A DNA stretch of 64,000 nucleotides from Ranitomeya imitator (lineage: Eukaryota): contig NC_091283.1 of assembly GCF_032444005.1 (NCBI RefSeq), positions 498,852,001-498,916,000 on the forward strand, given 5' to 3'. Within the stretch, counting starts at the first letter, position 1. Every line of letters starts with the position of its first letter. This document shows positions 1 to 13,061 of the stretch, piece after piece. Under the pieces are notes generated by a model. It was not told the DNA's origin, searched no databases, and saw nothing but the letters and a program-made list of their open reading frames with translations. Both the position numbers and the translations under genes were made by a program.

Positions 1-633
1 GTTTGAGGTGAAGCAGTAACCTGAGAGCCTGGGTCATGATAGAGACCCTATGAACAGGCTCGCACTGCCTATCGTACAGACATCTGTCTTAGGACAGGAG
101 AGAGGGGACTTTGCAACCAAGCTTCAAGCGGCAGGGACCTTGCCAACTAAATCAGTGCAAGTAGGAAAGGCTTACGGACCTCACCTGGGAGAGGGATCCC
201 CTATTGCCTCCAAGCCGGCCGGACCACAGCTACCCTGCACTTGGTACCCTGGACCGAGGACTGCTCTCATCAGTAAACCAGGTAAAGACTGCAAACCTGT
301 GTCCTCGTTCTTTGCCATACCATCCACCACACCATTTGTGACTTACACCTGGAACCCCAGGGGATCCTGCTTCACCTATGGGAAGTGTCACCATATAGCT
401 GCCATACCATCTCCCCAGAGGACCCCTTTAAGCGGCGTCAGTCCCAACTGACCGAACACCAAAGGTGGCGTCACGAACAATAGACTTTTTCCACAATACC
501 CTTTAAAAGACCTTTCCCCTTTAATTGGGCACCCAGGACCACGGACCAGGATGCCCCAGGTCGCAGACACCGTGACATCCACTTTAAGACCAGACCCGGT
601 ATCGAGTACCCCACGGCCCTGGTAGGCGTTCCA
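1..633 (+). mobile_element. Partial LTR (3' part), same family as the solo LTR at 11433-12654
   Basis: Shares blocks with 12240-12654 (GTGTCCTCGTTCTT, CTGACCGAA-ACCA-AGGTGGCGTCACGAACA) and ends ...GGCGTTCCA. The 5' end is probably outside the window. Confidence 0.65.
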
Positions 634-2686
634 CGAGCAATCATGTCTTGGATGGCTTTCCCACTCAGAAGCATTTCTCCCCAGAACCTCCACCAATCAC
701 ACCCCGGCTATCCCAACCTGCTCAGCCGCAAGGCCTCTGCCAAGAGGAGTTTGAATGAAGCCATGGTCGAGCATGTGCCAGGCACACTCCAGTCCAAATC
801 TATGGCACTGATGGTAACTGCTGAGCACTCTTCTTACTTTTGTGATAAGTCGTTACGTAAGTAGATAATGGTTGGAACTGAGTACAAGTATTATAAAAGA
901 GACTACTGCATACATCGCCTACAGTCCGTTCACAGTCCATAGGTTTGTATTAGGGATTAGTGAATCAATTAGTAACACCCTGGTTAAACAGCCATGCCAG
1001 TTGTCCGTGGCTGCCATTAACCATCTGATTGCTGCAATTCCTGGACTGACTATGCATCCAAACAGTGGTCTCCAACCTTTCTGACCTTGAGAGCAACATT
1101 CAGCTCCTTGAGAGGGTCTCGACCCAAATCCTGATCTGAGAAAGGGTCGCGAGCCATATCTAGCTCCTGCCCCCCTCACCATAGTGGCAACCAAAGCCCC
1201 CATTATGGATAAAATGATAGCCAAGGCTTTTCCTCAGAAATCACCCTGAAGCAATATACCCAGATCCTGGCATTCGCACAATCCCCCCATTCACTATTCT
1301 TCCATCTAGCACTACCACCACACTGTCGTGTCCAGTATCATGCGCATTCTTTACGGGTGGCATCATCCAGTCTCCAGCATACCAGTCTTATGTTCTCTCT
1401 AAACCCCTAAGACCAATGTATGTGCACTCTGATCTGCTCTTCTGTGCAGGCGATTCACAAAATTCACCATTTAGAGATGCTCCTCAAAGATAGAACAGGA
1501 GCTAATGGCCTAAGCTGGCAGACAGCCACGTGTGGCTGCCGAGCTACAGGTTGGGAACCCCTGCATCCAGAGTTCCTGTGTGTATCCACATTCCTGGCTT
1601 GGTGTCTTCTGAAGTTTCCTGCTCCACTTGCCTGCCTGCTGTCCTGCATACCTGATCTTCACTGATCCTAATGCTGTCTGGGGGGTTCTGCCCTCCGTAC
1701 CATCGCCTTTGTTCCATTTTGCTCACCCTTACTTATGGCATAGAGAGTCCACCTTCTTAGGTGACCCCACAACAGTGTGCTTTATACTGTATATTTTGTA
1801 TAGGTTACAACATCAAAGATCTATTTAGGCTAGGGTCACACGACAGTATAAAAAAAAAAAAAAAAAAAAATCGGTCCCTTTCTCATCCAGAAAAGTGCGG
1901 CAATTTTTTTTCTCACTTGTCATCCGTATTCAGTCCGTTTATTTACAGTTGCACCTATTAATAATTTACAGGTCCATGTGCAGTTTCCTAAGTTCTTGAA
2001 TTGCAATGTATCAGTACAAATCGGGTGCCATATTGTAGCATCCGATTTTTTTTCTCGCACCCAGACTTGAATGGGTGAGTCTAATCCAATTTTAAGAGTT
2101 AAATCACATGCTGCGGTATTTTTCACAGACAGATTGTCAGTGAAAAAAAACCCGTCTGCATTCCCTCATTGAATAATATGGTTAGTGTATTATCTGATAG
2201 GAAATCGGATAACACTCATCTGATTTATACAGTGGAGTGAGCGAACCCTTATGTAAGAGATCATGGATGCTAAGAATGACTTAGGCAAGTACCCTAGTTA
2301 TCACTGCCACCACAACAAGAGTCAGTCATTCAAATTAATAGCCAGCCATGCAATACATTGATCAATTCTGTCAAAATGGCTCTTTTTATAGGTTTCCTAC
2401 TTTGTCTCATACAGGAGGGGAAGCTTTCAAAAGGCAAGCTCTTGTAATATGTGTTCTCATTGGTTATTGCTGGAGGATTTGCCTCTAATGTGGTGAATTC
2501 TGGTCAATAAGGGATCATTTGTGGATAGACAAGCCTATGGCCAGTCTTATGAAAGATTCAAAACCAAACACTAATCTATCAAAGAGGGTTGTCTTGAACA
2601 ACGACCTTACACAATTCCATGTAAGTGCATGGGCAGCAAGAATGGGATCCCAATTGGGAGATTCCAGTTATGAAACTCATGTACCC

Positions 2687-3234
2687 TGTCATGCAGCTGC
2701 AGTGCAGTACAGCGCAACCTCCACCAGGGGGAGCCTGGTAGTGAAGCCAGACTGCACACACAGAGCAACTGAACAGACGCCACCTAGTGGCGAGAGCAAG
2801 GTCAGGAAAACCAAGTCAGAGCACAACAGTACAAACGGATTCAGACAGAACGGATAGTCAGGATATAGCAAGGGATCAATAAACCAGGACGGGCAAAATA
2901 CGGTACCAAAGGGATAAACTGAAACAGAGTCAAAGAGCCAAGCCAAGATATCATAACCAGGGAGTCAAGCAGATAAACAGACAAAGAGACACTGGGAAAG
3001 GGCAGGCGGGGGGATAACAGACACAGGACATGTCAGGGTTCAGTAGGACAAATCAAGGGCTTCCAGAGTCAGGTTCACACGCCAAAGACAGAGCTATAGC
3101 TGACACCACCCTCAGGATACCTGGGAGCTAAATAGCAAACCCGAGTCCAGAATGAGGCAGATCAAAGTTAACCCTTGACATGATCCACCCAGAGAAAAGG
3201 CAGACAGAACTAAACTCTGGAACGGATCATGACA
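2687..3234. mobile_element. Solo LTR (Gypsy-like), 548 bp
   Basis: Inverted termini TGTCATG...CATGACA, flanked by a perfect 5-bp TSD TACCC (2682-2686 / 3235-3239). Confidence 0.8.
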
Positions 3235-4579
3235 TACCCTAAATTATTCCAATCTGCTAACCCATTTATGAGTGTCCTTCAGATGTCTCTGAGATGCGTT
3301 CAGGTTGAACCAGTTCCTGTTATCTGAAGCCTTCACTTAAGAGGACATCATCTTCTTTATCTTAGACCCTTCATTATAGGGGCTAATTCATACCTTTATT
3401 GTTTTGCTTGGATGGTCTAACCTGTTTCATTTCTAGAATGTAAGGACAACACTCCAAATTCCTTTGTAATGTCCTGTTAAAAGCCAGCATTCCAGGATAC
3501 AATGGAAGTAATTAGGATTTCTGCTGATTTATTGTGTTATTTTTTGGTTTATATAAGATTGAACTCTTCATCTTGTGAATTTGTCTACCATATTTATAAT
3601 TATTACCCACAATTTGTCACCAGTGGTGGTCACATGAGTGGTGAATAATGCTAAGCAGAGTACCTGACACATCTGTAACACCTATGAATGTCAATGTGGA
3701 CAGTAATGCAGTCAAGGGACTACTAATTGTGCTGCCCCCACTGATCGCATAGTGACCAGTCTCTGATAAACTTGCTTAAAGGCCATTATACATATAAGAC
3801 TAAACTCAGCTGTACTGGCCGATATAGTTGGGATCAGCCAGAAGTCTGTATATTCAACTCTTTTGACTCTCCTCAGACATGATGCTGGAGGAGAGAAGGA
3901 TCGGCAAGCTGGAATTCCAAGGTCCGACCCATTTGTTCTCCAGGAGATAACTGCTTCCAGAGGAGTCTCATACATAACAGGACACAGACACAGACCAAGC
4001 TGAGCATTCCTGTGTATGGAGAAGACAGGGAGATAGTTGTCAGAAGAATGATCGTTTGGCCGACAGCTGCCAAATATGTATAGGGATGTTAAGGCCAGAT
4101 ACTATGGGTCCACATCAAAATTATGCTTAAAATACAGCTTGCACCTGTAAGTAACCTTAAATTGTCCTTTGATTTGCAAGTAAGACAAAATTTAATTAAT
4201 TTTCCATAGTGTGAATGAGCTTGGACATCCCATGTCCCAAACAATAATTTCTGACCAGTGGAAATCTGTCTTTCAGATTTCAGTGTGTTACATTACACAC
4301 AGGTGTATCTAGCCAGTTTTTCAGCACTCGGGGCAAGAATCCAATTTGACACTCCCCTCACTCCTCCCCCACTCAAACTGTTTTAGTAGTTGTCATGTGA
4401 CCACTTAAATGTGATTTGCATACACAGTCACGTGCCGATGAGCTGCTTTTCCTGTTCTCTCTATGTAACATTTCACATCTGATGATGTAATAAGGAGAAT
4501 TCTGTGCACTTGATCAGTATTGCAGGCTCTCACTCCACAGGCAGATTGTACTGATAAATTGTGCACAGCAGTGGATTTA

Positions 4580-5521
4580 TCGTATATACTCAAGTATAAG
4601 CCGACCCGATTATAAGCCGAGGCACCTACTTTTGCCATGAAAAACTGGGTATGCTTATTGACTTGAGTATAACCCAGGTATGCATTGTCCCCTCATCCCT
4701 ATCTTGGTATGCATGGCTGTTGGAGTCGGGAGTGGGAGGTACGGATTAGTGCAGAGTCAAAAGTCGTTTGGAGAGCGCTGTGATCGGCTAGGCCAATAGA
4801 TAGAAATGACGGAGGAGATGTAAGGGGGTGCCGCACTGTGGAGAGCTTTGTGGGTGAGAACAAGTACTTTGTATTGGATCCTATAATGAATGGGTAGCCA
4901 GTGTAATGACTGGCGAAGAGCGGACATGTCCGAGTAACAATTAGCCAGGTGGACGACTCTTGCTGCTGTATTAAGGATGGTCTGGAGAGGGGAAAGTCGA
5001 GTGAGGGGAAGGCCAATTAATAGAGCGTTACAGTAGTCCAGGCGGGAGTGGATCAGGGCGACAGTGAGCATAGGGCCAATTCTAGAGATGTTCTTTATGT
5101 GTAAGCTGCAAGAGAGGGCAAGAGATTATATATGGGAGGTGAAGGAGAGATTGGTGTCAAACATAACACCCTATTGGAGTGGACAGGTGTGCATTTTCAT
5201 TACCTTAATGAGCGGGGCAATGTGATCGCTCGGCTGGAAGAGCTGCAGGTGCCGGCGGCCAGAATGAGATGCTGTGCCAGCATGGAGAGTGCGCCATAGG
5301 TGAGTATGATCAGTGCTGGAAGACGGCAGCTGCGGCTGGCACTGTGCGCTATTACAGCAGCGGCACAGGCTTTAGCCACAGCTGCCAGCTTCGACCTCTC
5401 TAAACCGCTGCTCCGCCTCCCCCACCGGCTTTCTGGGACCGTGACTCGTGTATAAGCCGAGGGGGCGTTTTCAGCACAAAAAAAGTGCTGAAAAACTCGG
5501 CTTATACACGAGTTTATACGG
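4580..5521. mobile_element. Tc1/mariner (pogo/Tigger-like) non-autonomous element interrupted by an L2 fragment
   Basis: TIRs (C/T)CGTATA-ACTC-AGTATAAGCCGA / TCGGCTTATACACGAGTTTATACGG, with TA on both sides. Confidence 0.75.
4727..5173 (-). mobile_element. L2-clade LINE fragment (C-terminal RT region)
   Basis: Minus-strand peptide [21 protein letters not shown]...[13 protein letters not shown], nearly identical to the L2 at 51380-51720. Confidence 0.9.
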
Positions 5522-5823
5522 TATATGTATTTGTTTTCTAGAGGGCGAATAACAGATTTTTTTCATCCTATAAAATTTCTTAAAAAATAATAATGAAAAA
5601 CACTAATAATACTGAAAAACATTGTGTCATTTTGATGTGTTTTTTAAAAATAATAAGCATCACAAATCAGCAAATAACAGACTTATTTGATGTCCCTTTA
5701 ATTGTGACAAGCCACCCAACACAGAGGTCAGATTTTTTTATGGAGATCGGTAAATGTCGTTAAAAAAATGCATTTTTTTCCTCTATTGAACTCATAAAAA
5801 ACTTAATAAAACTGTTACTCTGA

Positions 5824-6316
5824 GGCCGTGTTCACATGTTGCGTAAATGCTTTCTACTGCTTTTTTGTTCTGCAGGTGTCCTGAACACACCACACAATAA
5901 CAATCTTCTCTGATTAATGCGTGTTTGCTGTGTTTCTTTTATGCATTTTCCCCCTTACATGATGTGATTTTGGTGCAAACGCAAGTGTTTTTTTTTCAAG
6001 CGTTTTTTGTTCAGAAGAAGCCTATAGAGAAAAAAATGCACCAAGACCACAGTGTTCAGCAGCGTCTTTAGATGCACCGAGGGCGGAGATTTCATAGAAT
6101 CAAGTCCATTTTGCTTCGAAATTTAAACCTTGTCTACATGTAGAGTAAATGCTGCGTATTTTCTGCTGCTTTGTTTGCACAAAAATTCTGCTGTGTTTAA
6201 CTGTCCAAAGAAAGTGGATGTGATTTACTGAAAACTTTTCTCCTCTGTGGTCTACAGAAACTGTAGAACTTTGTGGTTTTAGTGCTTTTTTCCTCTCTTG
6301 TCTTACATGTGGAGCC
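5824..6316. mobile_element. Degenerate Harbinger/Tourist-like MITE
   Basis: GGCCGTGTTCACATG ... CATGTGGAGCC termini, with TGA/TAA flanks. Confidence 0.5.
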
Positions 6317-7619
6317 TAAAAAATGCATTTAAAAAACTGCAGTTACTTTTTTAAGTGCAGAGTCAAAGCTTTTCTCTTCTATGAAAAAACACATTAAAAA
6401 AAGCAGCTTCACACCTGCACCAGAAACACATCAAATAAGTTGGAGAAGATTGTTATTGGGCAGTTTGGTACACACTCCTGTAGAAAACAAAAAGCAAAAA
6501 GCACAGTATTTCTGCAACATGTCAAGACGGCCTACAGACACAAAAAAGCCAGATGGTGTATAGTGAAGATACATAAAGATTAGAAAGTTCTGGGGGATCC
6601 GACCGTGAATGAACAAAATGATAAAGCCATAGGTCCCAACTACAGATGAGAATGGCGCACAGATGATGTCACGGCATCGCTGACTAATCAAAAGCTGTGC
6701 TGGGAACGCTGGAAGGTTAGAGATTTGTGACCTCCCATCCAGCTGCCCGGTACCATTGACCTGGATGCTTGACCAGAGACTCGTGAATCGATCCTCTCAT
6801 CTCTATTCCCAACTGTCCTGGATACAGAGGACAGTCCTGGATTTATGTCTATGCCCTGCAGTCTCTTGCGTCTGCTGAATGTCCCTCAATACCAGCATCT
6901 GTCTCACATCTCATACTGCCGGGAAAGAAAGAAATGGTAAATGAGCATGGATTGAGGTGGGGCCAGCAGCATTGCCAAAATTTTCTACGGGATGCTAGAT
7001 GTGCTGCATAATCTGTCCCTAATTCTGTTCTTTAAAAGTTGGGAGGTATGAGTACATGAACATATCAATATAACCACCATCAGTACAGAAGTACATTACT
7101 AGAACCACCAACGGTACAGAAATACATCAGCAAAACCACCAACGGTACAGAAATACATCAGAAGAACCACCATTAGTACATGAATATATCACCAGAATTA
7201 CCATCAGTACATAAATACATCACCAATCTTAGTGTAGCAATCAATTGTAATGTCAGGTCAGCCCGATATACAATTGTATTACATGAATATAAAACTCCCA
7301 GTATGTCCTTAACAATGGTAAGGTGATACTGGCAGTTGTTACCAGTCATTGTCAGATCAAATTGGGACCACAGTACTGATGACAGCAAATTCACTCTCAG
7401 TATCACAAATAAACATTTACATTCAGGTACCTTATAGGTGGCAGCCAGTCTGATTGGAGTCATTCTATTTCGTCTTCATCTTTTTCAGGTGCCATGATGA
7501 CTTTTCACATCTACAGCTCATCTCTGCAGACTTCCATCTTCTCCTGTCTACTGCAGCACATCTCGACCTGGTGATCTTAAAAACAGAAGCGTGATTATAG
7601 TGCTAAAAATATCTGCTCT

Positions 7620-7960
7620 ACACTACAGTCCTCATACTGTGTCCACATCAATCCCCCCATGCCTCATGTTATCTGCAGCACCAAACTTTCTGGCTCCTTA
7701 TACTATGTCCACAGCACCAATCCCCAACGCTCCTTATTCTGTGTCCACTCCAATCCCCCCACTGCTCCTCATACTGTGTCCACAGTGCCAATCCCCCCAT
7801 TCCTCATACTTTGTTCACACCAATCCACCATGCTCCTTATACTGTGTCCGCAGCACCAATCTTTCCCGCTCCTTCACAGCACCAATCCCCCACTCATACT
7901 GTGTCCACAGCAACAATCCACCCACTGCTCCTCATACTGTGTCCACACCAATTCCCCTGT
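7620..7960. repeat. Degenerate ~30-35 bp minisatellite (CTCCTCATACTGTGTCCACAGCACCAATCCCCC)
   Basis: About 10 imperfect tandem copies are visible directly. Confidence 0.8.
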
Positions 7961-8868
7961 TCCTCATGCTGTTCTGCGTTATGCTGCGGTGTAACGTGGT
8001 CCGTTAAACGTAGACACTGAACGCAATGTGAACCTAGCCTGATGCTTTTTTTGATATTTTGACTATTTCTCCTTTTCAGAAAATAAATACAAAATCGTGA
8101 GTACACTATATACTAAGGGACTGTGCTATACATAATAAGTGAGTACACTATATACTAAGAGACTGTGTTAGACATAATAAGTGAGTACACTATATACTAA
8201 AGGACTATGCTTTACATAATAAGGCTACATTGCTGTATCCGTGTGCAGTGTCGGTGTGCTGTCCGCTTTTACAGACACATTGAGCATGTCCTATTCTGAT
8301 ACTCAAAATTGCATCAGAACAAAACATTCTCTGACCCTCATGGATCTCATTCTCAGATCCGTGATTTTCATATATGTGTGAATGAACCTATAAAACTCTA
8401 TGAGTCCATGTGCCATCCGATAAAAAAATGTGGAAGCACATGGACATTTCACACAAATGTGAGAATGTAGAATAAAGAAATTTACAAAAAAACATTGTCA
8501 CTCCACGTCACACAGTGCAGATACAGAATAATACATCCAAGCACTTACTGCTGACGTCTCATGTGATTAGAGACATTTTCTCCTGTTTCTTGTCCATCTG
8601 GTCAGACCTTCATGTCGACATCTCCCAGCCATGACTCGTCTTATCACAATGATCATCGCAGCCGAGAATAGCAAGGTCACATGCATTGTATACATACATG
8701 TATCTCCCCCCTGAATACAGATATGTACCCCTAAATTAGTATACTATTAGCCACACACCATTAAACATATAAAGTAATTTAAAGTAATAAGCAGCACTGT
8801 GACCCCCATTAACTATAATCTCTGCCGCCAATAATATAAACTATTCAATCTGTGACTCTCCCCAATTA

Positions 8869-9568
8869 CCGTATTTTTTGGACTATAAGACGCACTGGAC
8901 CATAAGACGCACCCCAAATTTGGGGTGAAAAATTGCAGAAAAAAAGTCCGGCAGTGCTGTGGCGGCGGCAGAGGCGCGGTCATCTCCTCAGGTGAGGGCC
9001 CGGTATCCAAGGTGAGCAGCAGAGCTGGGTTAATCACCGGTTTCTCAGTGGTGGCTGCCATCTTCCTGAGGCCAAGCGTGCGCAGATTGAGTGCTCTGCT
9101 TCCTGGGGCTTCAGGAAAATGGCTGCGGGAGGCCATGCGTGCGCAGATGGAGATCGTGGCAGCCATTTTCCTGAAGCCGAGATCTCAATCTACAAACTCG
9201 GCTTCAGGAAAATGGCCACTGCAATCTCAATCTGCGCATGCGCGGCCACCCGCGGCCATGTTCCTGAAGCCCCGGGGAGCAGAGAACTCAACCTGCGCAT
9301 ACGCGGCCTCAGGAGGATGACCGCCGTCACTGAGAAAGCCGTGATTCACCCGGCTCTGCTGCTTGCCTTGGATACCGGGCCACGGCGTCACCTCACCTGT
9401 GGAAGGGACCCTGCTCACGCCATACCGCTCACCATGCCTCATCATCCCCGCATCTCTGCCGCCGCCACACCACTGCTGGTAAGCCTGCATTCGAACTATA
9501 AGACGCACCCCCCATTTTCCTCACATTTTTTGGGGGGAAAAATGTGTCTTATAGTCTGAAAAATACGG
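8869..9568. mobile_element. pogo/Tigger-like MITE with internal CpG-rich imperfect repeats
   Basis: TIRs CCGTATTTTTTGGACTATAAGACGCAC / GTGTCTTATAGTCTGAAAAATACGG, TA TSD. Internal recurring TTCCTGAAGCC...TCTCAATCTGCGCATGCGC units. Confidence 0.8.
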
Positions 9569-9791
9569 TAACTGTACTGTAACTATGTGCACACAGAAAG
9601 TACGCAAGGTTTTACAGTGCAGGACAAGTGAATGAGATCACTGAAGTCTCATGCACACATTACTTATTTTTTTCTTGCAGATTTGCAGCAGATTAAAATC
9701 TGCATAATCTCAATTATTGCAGCGTATTTCTCCAGTACTAATGGGGAAAAATACGTAACAAAAGCTTGGCAAAAATGTAGAAAATAATGTA

Positions 9792-11075
9792 CACTGTGTG
9801 CAGAATTATTAGGCAAGTTGTATTTTGATCGCTTGATACTTTTTATACATGTTGTCCTACTCCAAGCTGTTCAGGTTTGAGAGCCAACTACCAATTAAGT
9901 AAATCAGGTGATGTGCATCTCTGTAATGAGGAGGGGTGTTGTCTAACACGTCAACACCCTATATAAGGTGTGCTTAATTATTAGGCAACTTCCTTTCCTT
10001 TGGCAAAATGGGTCAGAAGAGAGATTTGACGGGCTCTGAAAAGTCCAAAATTGTGAGATGTCTTGCAGAGGGATACAGCAGTCTTGAAATTGCCAAACTT
10101 TTGAAGTGTGATCACCGAACAATCAAGCGTTTCATGGCAAATAGCCAACAGGTCGCAAGAAGCGTGTTGGGCAAAAAAGGTGCAAAATAACTGCCCATCA
10201 ATTGAGGAAAATCAAGCGTGAAGCTGCCAAGATGCCATTGCCACCAGTTTTGCCATATTTCAGAGCTGCAACGTTACTGGAGTAACAAAAAGCACAAGGT
10301 GTGCGATACTCAGGGATATGACCAAGGTAAGGAAGGCTGAAAAACGACCACCTTTGAACAAGAAACATAAGATAAAATGTCAAGACTGGGCCAAGAAATA
10401 TCTTAAGACTGACTTTTCAAAGGTTTTATGGACTGATGAAATGAGAGTGACTCTTAGGCTGTGTGCACACGTTCAGGATTTTTCGCATTTTTTTCGCGTT
10501 TTTTTTGCTATAAAAACGCTTAAAAAACACATACATATGCATCCCATCATTTATAATGCATTCTGCAATTTTTGTGCATATGTTAATTTTGCGGATTTTT
10601 TGCGGATTTTCCATTATATTATTGCATTGGGAAAAAAACGCAAAAAAAGCGCAAAAAACGTGAGAAAAACGCAAAAAAAGGCATGCAGATTTCTTGCAGA
10701 AAATGTCCGGTTTTGTTCAGGAAATTTCCGCAAGAAATCCTGACGTGTGCACATAGCCTTAATGTGCCAGATGGATGGGCCAGATGTTGGATCAGTAAAG
10801 GGCAGAGAGCTCCACTCCGACTCAGAGGCTAGCAAGGTGGAGGTGGGGTACTGGTATGAGCTGGTATGATCAAAGATGAACTTGTGGGACCTTTTCGGGT
10901 TGAGAATGGAGTGAAGCTCAACTCCCAGCCCTACTGCCAGTTTCTGGAAGACAACTTCTTCAAGCAGTGGTACAGTCGGTATCGTTTAAGAAAAACATGA
11001 TTTTCATGCAGGACAATGCTCCTTCACATGCCTCCAACTACTCCACAGCGTGGCTGGCCAGTAAAGGTCTCATAG
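9792..11075 (+). mobile_element. Tc1 transposon remnant (left TIR plus disrupted transposase)
   Basis: TA-CACTGTGTGCAGAATTATTAGGC terminus. ORF pieces MGQKRDLT..., KVLWTDEMRVTL and MIFMQDNAPSH. Frameshifts, a MITE insertion, and truncation before the catalytic E. Confidence 0.9.
10457..10758. mobile_element. Harbinger/Tourist-like palindromic MITE inserted into the Tc1 transposase
   Basis: GGCTGTGTGCACACGT-CAGGA ... TCCTGACGTGTGCACATAGCC with TTA TSD (10454-56 / 10759-61). The transposase frame resumes on the far side. Confidence 0.85.
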
Positions 11076-11290
11076 AAACCCAACATGTTGGTTATACATG
11101 ACTTATTTTTCATGAATCCATGCTGGTTGACATTTATTATATTATTCTCTGCAAAATATCTCTGCAGGTTATCTCTTATAATGCCCTCAAAAACTTTGCA
11201 CACTACTGATGTCAGGCTTACCAGACCGTAGTTGCCTGGATCCACCTTCTTACCTTTTTTAAATTTCGGTACCACATCAGCCATCCTCTA
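11076..11290 (-). mobile_element. CR1-clade LINE RT fragment
   Basis: Peptide ADVVPKFKKGKKVDPGNYGLVSLTSVVCKVFEG...NQHGFMKNKSCITNMLGFYE is typical of the CR1 RT N-terminal domains. Confidence 0.85.
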
Positions 11291-11432
11291 ATCCAGTAGC
11301 ACCACCCCGTTACAAGAGAGTCTAAGATTATGAGTTACATTGGTCAATTACTGAGCTTAATTCCCTTAGTATCCATAGATGAATGCCATCTGTTCTGGGG
11401 GTTTGTCAATGTTTAATTTGCTCAGATGCAGT

Positions 11433-12654
11433 TGCAGCGCCCCAGGGTCCTGGACATTGCAGTAATGTCGTTCTTCCACCAGGGGGAGTGATGTTACGTC
11501 TGAAGGCAATAAAAGAGATCACCTTACCAGGCATCACAAACCACACAACACACTTCACACTCAAGGCCGCCAGGGGGAGCCATGCTTCTATCTATTAGGG
11601 CCCTCCTCACAATTAGGTAAAACTGGTAGTCTGGACAGGAAGTTAGAGAGAAGTAAGCTGGGCTTGACCCAGTGAGCTGCTATCTGAGCTCCTCTCAGGT
11701 AGTGGGTCCCTGACAGAGGTGGGATCCTGTAAGGGACCTAGATAGAAGGCCACGGAGCTGCTCCTGCCCCACTTGCGGCAGCATCCAAGGAGAGAGACAT
11801 TGAAGGGAATTGCGTTGCTGAGAGTGAGAAATGAAGTCATAGCAAAAGGAGAGGAAACCAGAAGGAGTTCTGCCCTGTAAAAGCCTGCCTCTTTCAGAGG
11901 TGCAGAAGCCGGTAGCCGGAACACCGAGGGAGTCATCGTCTCCAAGCCTGGCTCCAGAGACCGGCAGGACAGCTAGTTCCATATTAGTTGCCCGACCCTA
12001 CACCCAGGAGGCACGGTGGCAACTTGTGGGGGCTGGGGCGTGATAGTGTCCCTGTAAAAAGCCTCAGGCCATCAATTATATGGGTTTGTCCTATTGTTGC
12101 CATCAGGGGGACAGAGAGAAAGAGACGTAACATCTACAACAGTTGTGAGGACCTTACTGAGAAGCTCAGCAGGGAGGGACTACAACAATCAGGCGCTAGA
12201 GGAAGGCTACTGATTTCCACCTGGATAAGGGAACTCTAGATTTGCCTTCAGACCGGCCGGACTCTGCCTACCCTGTGATCTGGTGCTCTGGACTGAGGAC
12301 GCTGAAGCCTTCAGTAAAAAGGTAAAGAGACTGCAACCTTGTGTCCTCGTTCTTCACTGCGCCTTTCACCATCCATCATCGACACACACTGGGAAGCCCT
12401 GGGGACATACTTCACCTGTGGGAAGGTATACCATCTAGCTGCCATAACATCACCCCAGCGGACCCCTAAGTAGCGTCGGTCACCCTGACCGAATACCACA
12501 GGTGGCGTCACGAACACTATCGCTTTAAAGACCTTTCCCCCATTTTATCAATGGATGCCCCTAGAGCCACGGACAGGGTCAGCCACTGTGACATCCCCTT
12601 GAGAACCGAAGGGCCCGACTCTGAGTACCCCACTGTCCTAACGGGGGCGCTCCA
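11433..12654 (+). mobile_element. Solo LTR, 1222 bp
   Basis: Termini TGCAGCGCCCC...GGGGCGCTCCA, with a perfect 4-bp TSD CAGT (11429-32 / 12655-58). Confidence 0.85.
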
Positions 12655-13061
12655 CAGTCGTACTTCTTTTTGTGTTGAACTAGTTATATCAGGTGGTGAA
12701 TTTTGATTTTTGCCTTGTTGATTGATCTCTGGAACAGTCAGTTCATTGGTGAACACGGATGAAAAGTGACTTTAATATCTCAGCCTTTTCTTTGTCCGCT
12801 ATAATTATATTGTAATCTTTTAATACCATGTTTTTTTTTTCTTTTGGCATTGATGTATTGATAAAAATTTTGGAATTTTGGAATTTATTTTAATGTCGCT
12901 GGCGATTTGTTTCTCTGTAGATAACTTTGCTATCTTGATTTCTTTTTACATTTCTTATTTAGATCTTTATACTCCTGAAATGCTATTTCAGTATTCTCAA
13001 CCTTCAAGATATTGAATGCCCTTTGTTTTTGTCTTATTATACTTTTTGTCTTATTTATTCA

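Noticed and set aside
634-1380. Possible decayed Gypsy protease on the minus strand (MILDT..., LGRDPLKELNV)
   Set aside because: The motifs are short and broken by stops and frameshifts. This needs tblastn against a retroelement library before it can be called.
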